IMG/VR virus record: IMGVR_UViG_3300031963_000004
Span: 62,001-126,000 of that record
Direction: 5' to 3' (one strand)
DNA: 64,000 nt
Below the pieces are notes generated by a model that made no database searches, had not been told where the DNA came from, and saw only the letters and a program-made list of their open reading frames with translations. A program made the translations under genes and the position numbers. How positions within the stretch are numbered: position 1 is the first letter of the stretch; every line of letters starts with the position of its first letter. Below are positions 38,725 through 49,500 of the stretch, piece by piece.

Positions 38725-39891
38725 TTAATTATTTCGCCAGTACTCACTAGCAGTGGCGACACCGCTACCTGGGACGACTTTAATACCAGTATCAAGCATA
38801 GCCATTTCTGCTCCGGCTATAGCAGCCATTAAGTGTACTTCATTCATATCACCTAGATGACCTATGCGGAAAAGCTTACCTGCTACTTTACTAAGTCCTG
38901 CACCCAATGATAGGTTATAGCGTTTGTATGCTCTACTAATAACATCACTACCATTAAATCCTTCAGGTACTATAATTGCTGATACTGTGTCACTATACCA
39001 TTTTGGATCTTTGGCACATAAGTCTAGTTGCCAACCGTCAATTACTGCACGGCGAACGCCTTCTGCAAGATAGTGATGGCGTTTAACAATATTATCTAGA
39101 CCTTCTTCTTCAATCATATTAAGTGCTTCTGCAAGTCCATATAACAATGACAATGCAGGTGTATATGGAAAATAACCAGTTGCATTAGAATTAACCATAT
39201 CAGTTAAATCAAAGTAACTGCGTGATGATTTTGCAGATTTGGTTTTATCCAACGCCTTTTTACTAGCACATAATATACCTAATCCAGCAGGTAACATGAA
39301 CCCTTTTTGTGATCCTGTTACTGCCATGTCAACACCCCATTCATCAAATTTAAAATCTAATGACCCAAGTGAACTTACAGCATCAACAAATAATAATGCA
39401 GGGTGATCACATTCGTTCAGCGCCCAACGCACTTCACTAATACTTGATGTGACTCCCGTAGCAGTTTCATTGTGACATGCTAACACTGCTTTGATTTCTT
39501 GATTTTTATCGTTTGCTAATATTTCAGCAAACTTAGCGGATGGGATACCTGTACCCCACTCGCAGTCTACGATTTCTACATCTAATCCATGTTTTAAACA
39601 CATTTCTATCCAGAGATGACTGAACTGGCCAAATCGTGCAGCTAGAACTTTGTCACCGGGACTTAGTGTATTTGTTATTGCGGCTTCCCAGCATCCTGTA
39701 CCAGATGAGGGGAAAATAAAGGGTGTTCCGTGTTCTGTACGGAATACCTTCTTTAATTTTGGAAATAATTGTGCCGAAAGTTCAGGAAACTTCGGTGAGC
39801 GATGGTCTTCCATAGACACCATCATTGCTCTCATAATACGATCAGGGATGTTTGTAGGCCCAGGTACAAACAAGAAATTACGACCAGCCAT
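38725..39891 (-). CDS. sgaA: Serine-glyoxylate aminotransferase (class V, PLP-dependent)
   Basis: GRNFLFVPGPTNIPDRIMRAM, EDHRS, FGQFSHLW, HNETATGV, GSQKG (PLP Lys), FPYTP, FRIGHLG; closely tracks the SgaA sequence as I recall it. Confidence 0.88.
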   Translation of the reverse strand: MAGRNFLFVPGPTNIPDRIMRAMMVSMEDHRSPKFPELSAQLFPKLKKVFRTEHGTPFIFPSSGTGCWEAAITNTLSPGDKVLAARFGQFSHLWIEMCLKHGLDVEIVDCEWGTGIPSAKFAEILANDKNQEIKAVLACHNETATGVTSSISEVRWALNECDHPALLFVDAVSSLGSLDFKFDEWGVDMAVTGSQKGFMLPAGLGILCASKKALDKTKSAKSSRSYFDLTDMVNSNATGYFPYTPALSLLYGLAEALNMIEEEGLDNIVKRHHYLAEGVRRAVIDGWQLDLCAKDPKWYSDTVSAIIVPEGFNGSDVISRAYKRYNLSLGAGLSKVAGKLFRIGHLGDMNEVHLMAAIAGAEMAMLDTGIKVVPGSGVATASEYWRNN

Positions 39892-40023
39892 AGTATTCTC
39901 CTATGCTCTAAACTAGCAGCGAGATAATACTTAGTTCTGTTAAAACTCTAAAAAATATAAAATTTGACCAAAGCTGTCCTAACCAAATCATAGATAAATA
40001 CTAAAATCAATAAGGAATAACAG

Positions 40024-43000
40024 ATGAGTTGGCCAGCCAATCCAGTAAACGGACAAAGAGTTCAGATTAACGGTGTTTTATATGAATTTAACGCAGCGAA
40101 TGAAACCTGGGATAGAATAGGTGGGTATCCTGATAACTTTATAGTTGAGTTCTTACAAACTCCTAATTTAGTAGTCACCGGTAGAGCGACCTTTACTGAT
40201 GCCGGGAACGTTAAAATTCAAGGTGGTTTCGCCAACTATGTCTTAGTTACAGACGGATCCGGTAATCTTTCTTGGCAACCACAAGCTGATGTTTCAGCAG
40301 CGGGTGTAAACAATGAGGTTCAATTTAATACAAATGATGCACTTGATAGTTCTGCATCATTTACTTTTGACAAAACATCAAATACATTAACTGTCCCTAG
40401 GATAGCGAGTACCCTTACTACATCCGCACAACCAAATATTACTAGTGTTGGTACACTAACAAGTTTAAATGTTAGTGGTAATGCTACCTTTAGCAACAAT
40501 ATTACTGCTAACAATTTTGCTGGCAACTTCTCAGGAAATTTTACAGGAAATTATCGTAGTCCTGGTTCCAACACAGAATTATTATTCAATAACCAAAGTA
40601 ATATTGGTGCTAGTAACAAACTTACATTTGATGGCACTACGCTAAATGTTCAGGGTAATGTCACTGCAACTAATGCTAATTTAGGAAACTTAGTTACTGC
40701 TAATTTTATAAATTCAACATTAACAGTTGCCAATCAACCTAATATTACTAGATTAGGAACTTTAGTAAATCTAACATCATCAGGTAACATCGTAGCACCT
40801 AATTTTGTAGGTAATATAGTAGGTGGTAATATATCAGGTAACTTTGTTGCGCCTGGTTCTAATACACATATGTTACTTAACTATCAAGGTAACATAGCAG
40901 CTACCTCCAATATTACTTTTGCTGATGGATTAATGAATGTTGCAGGTAATATTAATGCAGCTAACATAACCGCTGTTAGTGACATTACTGCAACTACACT
41001 AACAGGTAGTTTGAAAACTGCAAGTCAACCTAATATTACTAGCTTAGGTACACTAACAGGATTAAATGTAACTGGTAATGCTACTATATCAGGTAATGTT
41101 ACTGCTGCCAATTTAAGAGGTAATGTAATTGGTGGTACAATTACAGGTACATTTAGTGCTCCAGGTAATGTTACAGAAGTAGTTTATAACAAACAGGGTT
41201 CATTAGGAACAAGTAGTAATTTTAAATTTGATAATGAAACACTTACTGTAACTGGTAACACGATTTCAGGTAATGTATATGCTAACAGTGGTACGATTGG
41301 TGCTAGTTCTATTGTAGGTACAATTGCAACAGCTAACCAAACAAGTATTACAAGAGTTGGTACATTAGTAAACGCAGCGGTAACTGGTAATGTTACAGCA
41401 GGAAACGTTTATGCTAACATGGGAACAATTGGTGCGGGTTTCCTAACTGGTACGTTAACTACAGCATCACAACCTAATATTACAAGTGTAGGGACAATTA
41501 CTTCTTTAACTGTATCCGGTAACTCAACTTCAGGCAATGTATATGCTAACAGTGGAACTATTGGTGCGAATAGAATAACAGGTAATCATTATACTGCCCC
41601 TACTAATTCGTCTAACACGCAGATATTAATAAACAATCAAGGTAATATCACCGGTTCAAGTAATTTAACATTTAACGGAACTGTATTAAATGTTGCAAGT
41701 AACGTAAACGCAGCAAACATTACAGCAAGTAATGTAACTGCAACTTTATTTACAGGAACATTAACTACACCTTCGCAACCTAATGTAACTAGTGTTGGCA
41801 CACTAACAAGTTTGAATGTTGGTAGTAATGTAGATGTAGCGAATGTTCTAACTGCTAATAAGATAATAGCGAATAGTATTGAGACTGATGTAATACTGGG
41901 TCAATTAACTGCGCCTGCAGGACTAGCAGCAAACAATCAGGTCTTGTTTAATTTAAATGGTGTAGTAGATTCTAGTTCAAAACTTGAATTTAATCCTATA
42001 GGTACAGCTACTTTAACATTAAATGGTAATTTAACTACAGGAAATGCAAATTTAGGAAACAGAGTTACTGCTAATTATATTCAAGGTAGTATTTTACCTA
42101 TTTCAAGTTCACAACCTAACATCACAACAGTTGGCACATTAACTGGACTTGGTGTAGATGGGCCTATTAATATAGCAAATAGTGTAATTACTATTGACAG
42201 TAACTCATATATTGTAGGTAACTTAATCCCTGTAACATCTCCTACAAGCGCAACTGACACATTTACAGGTGACGGTGTACAAACATTATTTGTATTGTCC
42301 GTACTACCTTACCCTGGTGACATAGTAAACATTACAATTGATGGTGTTGCAGAAAATCCTCTAAATTATACAATCCTTAATAAGGACTTAACATTTAATA
42401 CTGCTCCGGCAGTTGGAGCAGCAATTGTAGTACAAATGCAGTTAAATACTCCAATTTATGATTTAGGATCTCCGACTGCTAGATGGCGTGATTTATGGTT
42501 ATCTGGTACTACTATTAAACTAGGTACTGCTACAATTACAAGTACAGATACAGGTACAATTGATACAGGAGGTGGTGAGTTCCAATCTGAAGTTTTAACT
42601 TCTACTGCTACTGATATTGCTCCATTCATTGTTTATAGTAACGTAATGGTTGGTAATTTAAATGTACAATATCTACATGGTTATGAACCATCTACAAGTA
42701 ATCTAGCAAACACGATTGTATTAAGAGATGAATTTCATAATTTTGAAGCAAATGTAATTACAGCAAGATTAGAGGGTAATGCTACAAGATCAAATACAGT
42801 AATTAATCCAGCGCAACCAAATATAACAAGTGTAGGTTTACTCACACATTTAGACGTAGATAATAAACTTACCGCAGCTAACATAGAACTATCATCAAAT
42901 ATTAGTGCAGAATATTTTAAGGGTAGCGGAGCTGAATTATACAATATTAATGGTGCTAATGTAAGTGAAGTACCGTTAGCTACATTCGCTACTGATGCAC

Positions 43001-46000
43001 AAGATGCAGTATTCGCAGTTGATGCAGAAACAGCACAGTTTGGCGTAAATGTAACAGGATGTTCTCAACCAAATATTACAAGTGTAGGCACATTAATATC
43101 TCTTAAAGTTACAGGACAAATTGAAGCAGGAAGTATTGATGCTTCATTAGGTAATATTAAAGGTGCTAATTTCATTGGTGGTAATGTAAGTGGTAATATT
43201 TCAGGCACATTTAGAGCTCCAGGTGGGATAGCATCAAATACGGAAGTTCTTTTCAATAAAGAAGGAAATATCGGCGGAAGTGAAGGATTTAAATTTAATA
43301 GTTTAGTTAATTCGTTGACTATTACAGGTAAATTTAATTCTATTGATGCTAATTTAGGTAATCTAGTTGACGCAAACTTCTTTAGAGGTTCCGGTAATAA
43401 CTTAAGTAATATTCGTGGATCTAACGTTAACGGTGAGGTAGCGTTTGCTGCAACTGCAAATAGTGTAGCCGGTGCTAATGTTTCAGGTCAAGTAGCTAAT
43501 TCGTTAGTTGCAGGTACTGTTTACACTGCTGCACAACCAGCAATCACTAGTGTTGGTACATTGACTGACTTAAATGTTAATTCAGGAACCCTAGTAACAA
43601 GTAATCCAATAGACCTATTGCAAACATGGAATAACAGCAGTGTTGCATTTACTGGTATAAAACAAGTTGTTACTGATACACAAAGTTCAGCAGAATCATT
43701 ATTAATAGACCTACAACAAAACGTAGGTGGTGTAGCTACAAGTAGATTCAAAGTTAATAAAATAGGTAATCTTACTACAGGTAATGTTATTACTGGAAAC
43801 ATTGAGGGTACTATAATTACAGGTGCGCAACCTTTTATTACAAGCTTAGGTACACTATCAACATTAACTATATCTGCAAATATTCAATCAGGTAATGCTA
43901 ATTTAGGTAATCTAGCTAGAGCAAACTTCTTTAGTGGTGATGGCTCATTGTTAACAAATGTTCCTGCAGGTAACAGATTACAAAACGGTACAAGTAACTT
44001 GCAAATAGTTAACAATGGAAATATAAACATTGCTATTGATGGCACAAACGATGTCTTAACATTAGGAAACGTGTCTGGGGTCTACGTAGCTAACCTCAGA
44101 GGCAATCTACTTTCAGGTAATGCAAACTTAGGTAATTTAGTAACTGCAAATTTCTTTGCAGGAAACGCAAGTAATTTATTTAATATAGTTGGTGCTAATG
44201 TTACCGGTACAGTATCAAATGCAACTCATGCGTGTACAGCTAATACAGTAACAAATGCAACACAAACTAATATTACAAGATTGGGTACATTAACCGAACT
44301 TACACTATCAAGTATAGCAGACCCAAGCTTAGGTAATAATGTAACTGCAAGTTTCTTTACTGGTGTAATTACTCAAGCAGCATCAGCACAACCTAACATT
44401 ACAAGTGTAGGTAGATTGACTGGTCTAACAGTAGGAAATGCAACTGCAAACACTGTATTTGGTAACGGAACCATTACTGCTGCTGGAAATATTAGAGGTG
44501 CTAATATTGAGGGTAACCTAGTAGGCAATGGTAGTGGCATAACATACTTAAATGGTGGTGTAGTTAATGGTGATGTTCCGAGTGCTGCTACTGCTACTAC
44601 AGCAGGAACTGTACTTTCATCTTCACAACCAAATATAACAAGTGTTAATACTTCAAGTGGTTTAACATCATTAAAAGTTTCAGGCGAAACTGATTTAATA
44701 GGTAATGTAATAATTAGAAGTAATCTTACTGTACAAGGTACTACGATTACAGCTAATGCAACTACAATGAATGTTAGAGATCCTATTATACAAATAGGTG
44801 GGAATACGTCAGGTGGTGCGTTACCAAACGACGACGGAAAAGATAGAGGAATTTTACTACATTATCACAACGGAGTAACACCAGTTGATGGATTTATGGG
44901 TTGGGATAACGATTTAGAGCAATTTACTTTTGCTAGTAGAGTAAGTGTAACCAATGAAGTTGTTACATTCTCAGAATTAGGTAATATAAGAGCAAGTTAT
45001 TTCTTAGGTAACGGTTCTCAGTTAGAAGGTTTACCTCCACCAAACGAAATATTTAAAGGTACAAGTAATGTAAAAATTCCTGATTTAGACGGTAATGTAA
45101 CTATATCTGCAAACAGTGTTGCCAACATTGTACAAATACACGGTAATAGACCTAGTATAGGTAATGGAGTAATTGTTGCAGGTAATCTTACTGCAACAAG
45201 ATATTTTGGTGACGGAAGTCAATTAACGGGAGTAACAACAACAGCGATTTCCAATGGCACAAGTAATGTTACTTTTGCGGGTGCAGGTGGAAACATTACA
45301 ATGGCAGTTGGTGGCGTTTCTAATGTATTACAAATTGATAGTGTTGGTAACGTAGAGATAAAGGGTTTATTAAAAACAGGTACAGGTTCAGGTGGTAACA
45401 TTGCAGGTGCGAATGTAATTAGTGCAAATACATTTATCGGTAATTTAGCCAATGGTACAAGTAACATAAGAATTACACAAAATGGCAATGTCGGTATATC
45501 CTCTAACGGTGTATCAAATGCTGTAATAATTGCCGGTGGACTTGCTAATGTATTGACTGTAGCAGGTAATATTGATATTGGAAGTAATTGGTTTAGAGGT
45601 AACGGTGCGTTGTTAACTAGTTTACCAACTCCTACTTCTATGACTAACGGTACAAGCAACATTGTTGTTGGGTCAAGCACTGACGTAACTATTAGCGCAA
45701 ATGGTCAATCATCAATTATTGCCGTAAAAGGTAGCGGAACAGCGGGCGCAACTGGTGCAAATGTCAGTGGTTATCTTTCTGTATCCGGTATAATTACCTC
45801 AACAATTGCAACCGGCACAGCACCATTGACTGTAACAAGTACAACACGTGTTGCTAATTTAAACGTTAACTATGCAAACGTAAGTGACTTTAATGTAGTC
45901 ACCGCACAAACAACTGGAACATTATATCCTGCATTGATAAGTGGTGCTACTTCAGCAAATTATGCTTTAGGTGCAAACGCAGGTTTATCGTTTAATGCTG

Positions 46001-46524
46001 CAACTGGTGCATTGACTGCAAGTTCTTTTGTTGGTACAGCGACTGGACCATTGGCGAATGGTACAAGTAACGTCAGTATTGCATCAAGTGGCGGCAACGT
46101 AACTGTTAGTGCGGGCGGCACTGCAAACTTATTAACAGTTACAAGCACAGGTATATTAGGCACATTTGTAAATAGTTCGGATGTTATAAGAGATTACGCA
46201 ACTGTAAGTGTATCGCATGATTATAACCTAGCATCTGTTTTATATGTAAGTGGAGTTACTGGTGCATTGTCCTTAACATTCACAAATATTCCTACAACCA
46301 ATAGCAGGGCACTTGTTATTCCTGTTATTGTTGCACATGGTGCTACGGCTATGACTTATCCAACTTCAATATCAATCAACGGGGTAGGCGGACAAACAAT
46401 TAATTATTTACAAGGTACGACCCCAACTGCTAGAACTAACAAAACAGAAGTATTAGGATTAACATTAATTAGAACAGCTTCTAGTACATGGGTAGTTTTA
46501 GGTTTAGTTTCAAGTTACGGATAA
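40024..46524 (+). CDS. Giant repetitive tail-fibre/virion surface protein (2166 aa)
   Basis: N/T/G/S-rich; about 14 QPNITSVGTL repeats and 6 GTSN(V/I/L) repeats; late promoter at 39995-40000. Confidence 0.85.
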   Translation: MSWPANPVNGQRVQINGVLYEFNAANETWDRIGGYPDNFIVEFLQTPNLVVTGRATFTDAGNVKIQGGFANYVLVTDGSGNLSWQPQADVSAAGVNNEVQFNTNDALDSSASFTFDKTSNTLTVPRIASTLTTSAQPNITSVGTLTSLNVSGNATFSNNITANNFAGNFSGNFTGNYRSPGSNTELLFNNQSNIGASNKLTFDGTTLNVQGNVTATNANLGNLVTANFINSTLTVANQPNITRLGTLVNLTSSGNIVAPNFVGNIVGGNISGNFVAPGSNTHMLLNYQGNIAATSNITFADGLMNVAGNINAANITAVSDITATTLTGSLKTASQPNITSLGTLTGLNVTGNATISGNVTAANLRGNVIGGTITGTFSAPGNVTEVVYNKQGSLGTSSNFKFDNETLTVTGNTISGNVYANSGTIGASSIVGTIATANQTSITRVGTLVNAAVTGNVTAGNVYANMGTIGAGFLTGTLTTASQPNITSVGTITSLTVSGNSTSGNVYANSGTIGANRITGNHYTAPTNSSNTQILINNQGNITGSSNLTFNGTVLNVASNVNAANITASNVTATLFTGTLTTPSQPNVTSVGTLTSLNVGSNVDVANVLTANKIIANSIETDVILGQLTAPAGLAANNQVLFNLNGVVDSSSKLEFNPIGTATLTLNGNLTTGNANLGNRVTANYIQGSILPISSSQPNITTVGTLTGLGVDGPINIANSVITIDSNSYIVGNLIPVTSPTSATDTFTGDGVQTLFVLSVLPYPGDIVNITIDGVAENPLNYTILNKDLTFNTAPAVGAAIVVQMQLNTPIYDLGSPTARWRDLWLSGTTIKLGTATITSTDTGTIDTGGGEFQSEVLTSTATDIAPFIVYSNVMVGNLNVQYLHGYEPSTSNLANTIVLRDEFHNFEANVITARLEGNATRSNTVINPAQPNITSVGLLTHLDVDNKLTAANIELSSNISAEYFKGSGAELYNINGANVSEVPLATFATDAQDAVFAVDAETAQFGVNVTGCSQPNITSVGTLISLKVTGQIEAGSIDASLGNIKGANFIGGNVSGNISGTFRAPGGIASNTEVLFNKEGNIGGSEGFKFNSLVNSLTITGKFNSIDANLGNLVDANFFRGSGNNLSNIRGSNVNGEVAFAATANSVAGANVSGQVANSLVAGTVYTAAQPAITSVGTLTDLNVNSGTLVTSNPIDLLQTWNNSSVAFTGIKQVVTDTQSSAESLLIDLQQNVGGVATSRFKVNKIGNLTTGNVITGNIEGTIITGAQPFITSLGTLSTLTISANIQSGNANLGNLARANFFSGDGSLLTNVPAGNRLQNGTSNLQIVNNGNINIAIDGTNDVLTLGNVSGVYVANLRGNLLSGNANLGNLVTANFFAGNASNLFNIVGANVTGTVSNATHACTANTVTNATQTNITRLGTLTELTLSSIADPSLGNNVTASFFTGVITQAASAQPNITSVGRLTGLTVGNATANTVFGNGTITAAGNIRGANIEGNLVGNGSGITYLNGGVVNGDVPSAATATTAGTVLSSSQPNITSVNTSSGLTSLKVSGETDLIGNVIIRSNLTVQGTTITANATTMNVRDPIIQIGGNTSGGALPNDDGKDRGILLHYHNGVTPVDGFMGWDNDLEQFTFASRVSVTNEVVTFSELGNIRASYFLGNGSQLEGLPPPNEIFKGTSNVKIPDLDGNVTISANSVANIVQIHGNRPSIGNGVIVAGNLTATRYFGDGSQLTGVTTTAISNGTSNVTFAGAGGNITMAVGGVSNVLQIDSVGNVEIKGLLKTGTGSGGNIAGANVISANTFIGNLANGTSNIRITQNGNVGISSNGVSNAVIIAGGLANVLTVAGNIDIGSNWFRGNGALLTSLPTPTSMTNGTSNIVVGSSTDVTISANGQSSIIAVKGSGTAGATGANVSGYLSVSGIITSTIATGTAPLTVTSTTRVANLNVNYANVSDFNVVTAQTTGTLYPALISGATSANYALGANAGLSFNAATGALTASSFVGTATGPLANGTSNVSIASSGGNVTVSAGGTANLLTVTSTGILGTFVNSSDVIRDYATVSVSHDYNLASVLYVSGVTGALSLTFTNIPTTNSRALVIPVIVAHGATAMTYPTSISINGVGGQTINYLQGTTPTARTNKTEVLGLTLIRTASSTWVVLGLVSSYG
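41269..41560 (+). repeat. Three intragenic repeats at 132-bp (44-aa) period
   Basis: GGxAAyGTxTATGCTAAC starts at 41269, 41401 and 41533 (GNVYANxGTIGA). Confidence 0.8.
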
Positions 46525-46527
46525 TAT

Positions 46528-49500
46528 ATGGCAAGATTCGGTTCTACTGCGAGTACGTTTGGTTTAACTTTTTCAGGTAGTTTTACACCAACCTCGACTA
46601 TAACTCCTTCAGCTTCATCAGTCACAGAAAATAGTTCAGTAACTTTTACAATAACAAGCAATTTAATAAGTAAGACAATTAATTGGCGCATAGTTCATAG
46701 TAATACTACCAACGCTGATTTTTTAAACTCCATTGGATCTGGTACAGTTACTACAAATGGTTCAGGGGGAGCATCATTAGTTATAACACCTATTAATGAT
46801 TTACTCTTTCATGCTGCTCCAAAATCTTTCACAATTGTTTTAAGTTTTGAAAGCAAAGATATATCTACCAGTTCAAGCGTTACTATCATTGATGCTGCTA
46901 CTGTATCATTTAGTAGTCCACCCTCAAGTATTAATGAGGGAGTCACAACTACATTTAATGTTACTACGACTAGCCTCTCTAATACAACACTATATTGGAG
47001 TATAGATTTATCTGGTGGTATTACTGCAGGTGATTTTTCCGCCACTTCAGGTCCTTTTTCAATAACAAGTGGTTCAGGATCCTTCAGTATCACCACAACT
47101 CCTGATATGACAACAGAGGGAGGAGAAGCATTTGTATTAAGTATTAGAACTGGTAGCGTTACTGGTACTGTAAGAGCGCAAACTACTGTAAGTATTGCGG
47201 ACACAAGTCTTACAAGAACATATGCATTTGGTACTATACCAACATCTATTAACGAAGGTAATACAGGTATATTTAATGTTAATACTACAAATATACCTAA
47301 CAGTCCAACTACAACATTATACTGGACCATAGTTAATACTTCTACAACTAATCTAGATTTTTCAGCAACATCAGGTTTTTTCTCTATAACGAATAACGCA
47401 GGATCGTTTTCTATAACACCTACACTTGATATGACCAAAACCGGTGTTGAAAGTACAGAATCATTTTATGTGCAAATAAGAACAGATAGTACATCAGGTC
47501 CTGTTGTAGCCACAAGTAACAACGTGAATGTCGTTGATATGGTACCAACTTATTCCGTTGGTCCAAATGTAACTTCTGTAAATGAAGGTGGCACTGTTAC
47601 ATGGACAGTTACAACTAACCATGTTGTTAACGGTACTGTTTTATATTGGAGTGTCAACTTAGCGTTTGGTATGAGTGTTAGTGATTTATTAGACAATGCT
47701 AATGCGACAGGTTCTGTAACTATCAATGACAATATAGGCACTTTCACAACTACTTTAAGAAATGACCAATCCACAGAAGGATCAGAAACTCTTTATGTTT
47801 GGTTATGGACTGATTCGAACAAAACTCAAGGACAGCATGTCGCCCAAAGTATTAACGTTACAGTTACCGACTCAAGTACTGCAATTGTACCATTTGTAGA
47901 AGTTGGTTACACAATCTATCAAGATGTGACTAGTGCGACCTTTACGCAACCTGCAGGTTCTTCATCAGCATTTATCATTGCACAAGGAGGCGGCGGAGGT
48001 GGTGCAGGTGGTTACGCAGTTCCAAACTCTTACGCTGCTAGCGGTGGTGCAGGAGGCGGCGGCTCTGTGGTTAGAGCCTTAGTTAATTTACCTGCAGGTT
48101 CAACACTATCAGTATTTCCAGGAACAGGCGGTGCAGGTAGTTTAGCAGGTAGTACTACTGACGGCGCAGCCGGTGCACCATCCAGTTTAACTGGCACTGG
48201 TATTAGTATATACGCAGCTCCGGGCGGCGGTGGAAAAAATTATAATTTACGAACAGGTGGTGATGGTGGACAATCAATAACAAGTTCTGCAAGTGGAGCC
48301 AATGTAATTGATTTTGGCATAGTATATGGCAGTTCTGGTACTAGCGGCGTATATACTACGGGTTCATTTACTGCGAGTATTGATGGTGGTAGTAGTGCGA
48401 CTACTGCAGGTTCTGGAGTTTATTACCCAATTAGTGGTGGATTAGGAGGACCAGGAGGCGTTACCAATAGCAGTATGTTTGATGCTAAAAACGGAACTTA
48501 TGGTGACGGAGGAGGTGGCGGTGCTGCATACAAAACAACAGGCTCATCTTCATACGGTAGAGGAGGCAATGGAGGTAAAGGAACAGTTATTGTAGTATAT
48601 GGTAACGGTAATGGATTTACAGGAAACCAACCGCAATACACTATAAGTCCAAGTGCAACAACAATCAGTGAAGGACAATCAGTAGTGTTTACTGTAAATA
48701 CTACCAACGTAGCTAATGGCACAGTGTTGTATTGGGATAATGACGTAAACATGCCACATCCCTTCTTCACAACGTCTTTAGATCACACTCAATCAGGTAG
48801 TGTAAGTATAAGCAGTAACACTGCAAGTTTTACGTTAAGTATACCATATGACTCTGTTGATGATAACAATGATAGAATAAGTATAAGGCTATTTAGAGAT
48901 AGCGGAAGAAAATACATGGTTGCAAGGGCAAGTATTGTAACTATAGAAAATTTTGCACAATTAGCTCTAACTCAAAACTGGACTTCAATAACATTCAATC
49001 AAGGCACTGCTGTTACGAATGGACGACCATTTACACCAAGCGGAGGTAGCGGTTCTTATTGGATACTTCCAGACAGTTCCGCTGAAACTGCACTTTCAAA
49101 TGTAGGTTTATCGTGGGATCCTCTCACAGGAACAATAACAGGTACTCCTAATGCTGGCTTAACTGCCTTAACTTTTAATGTACTTTATACTTCAAGTACA
49201 AGTACCGCTAGTCAACAATTATCGAGAACAATAACAGTTAGTGTGGCTTCTGTAGGAGAGTTTACATTGACAGGCAGTCTTAATGACGTTACACAATCTT
49301 GGACAGTACCTGCAGGTGTTACTTCAATATCAATGGTTTGTATAGGCGGAGGGGGCGGGGCAGGCGCATTTGGTTTGCAATATAATACAGCAGGTACACT
49401 ACTTCGCAGATACGGAGGAGGTGCAGGTGGGGGTGGTGCTTTATCATATAGAAATAACTATTCAGTATCACCGGGTTCAACTTTAACTGTAACTGCTGGA

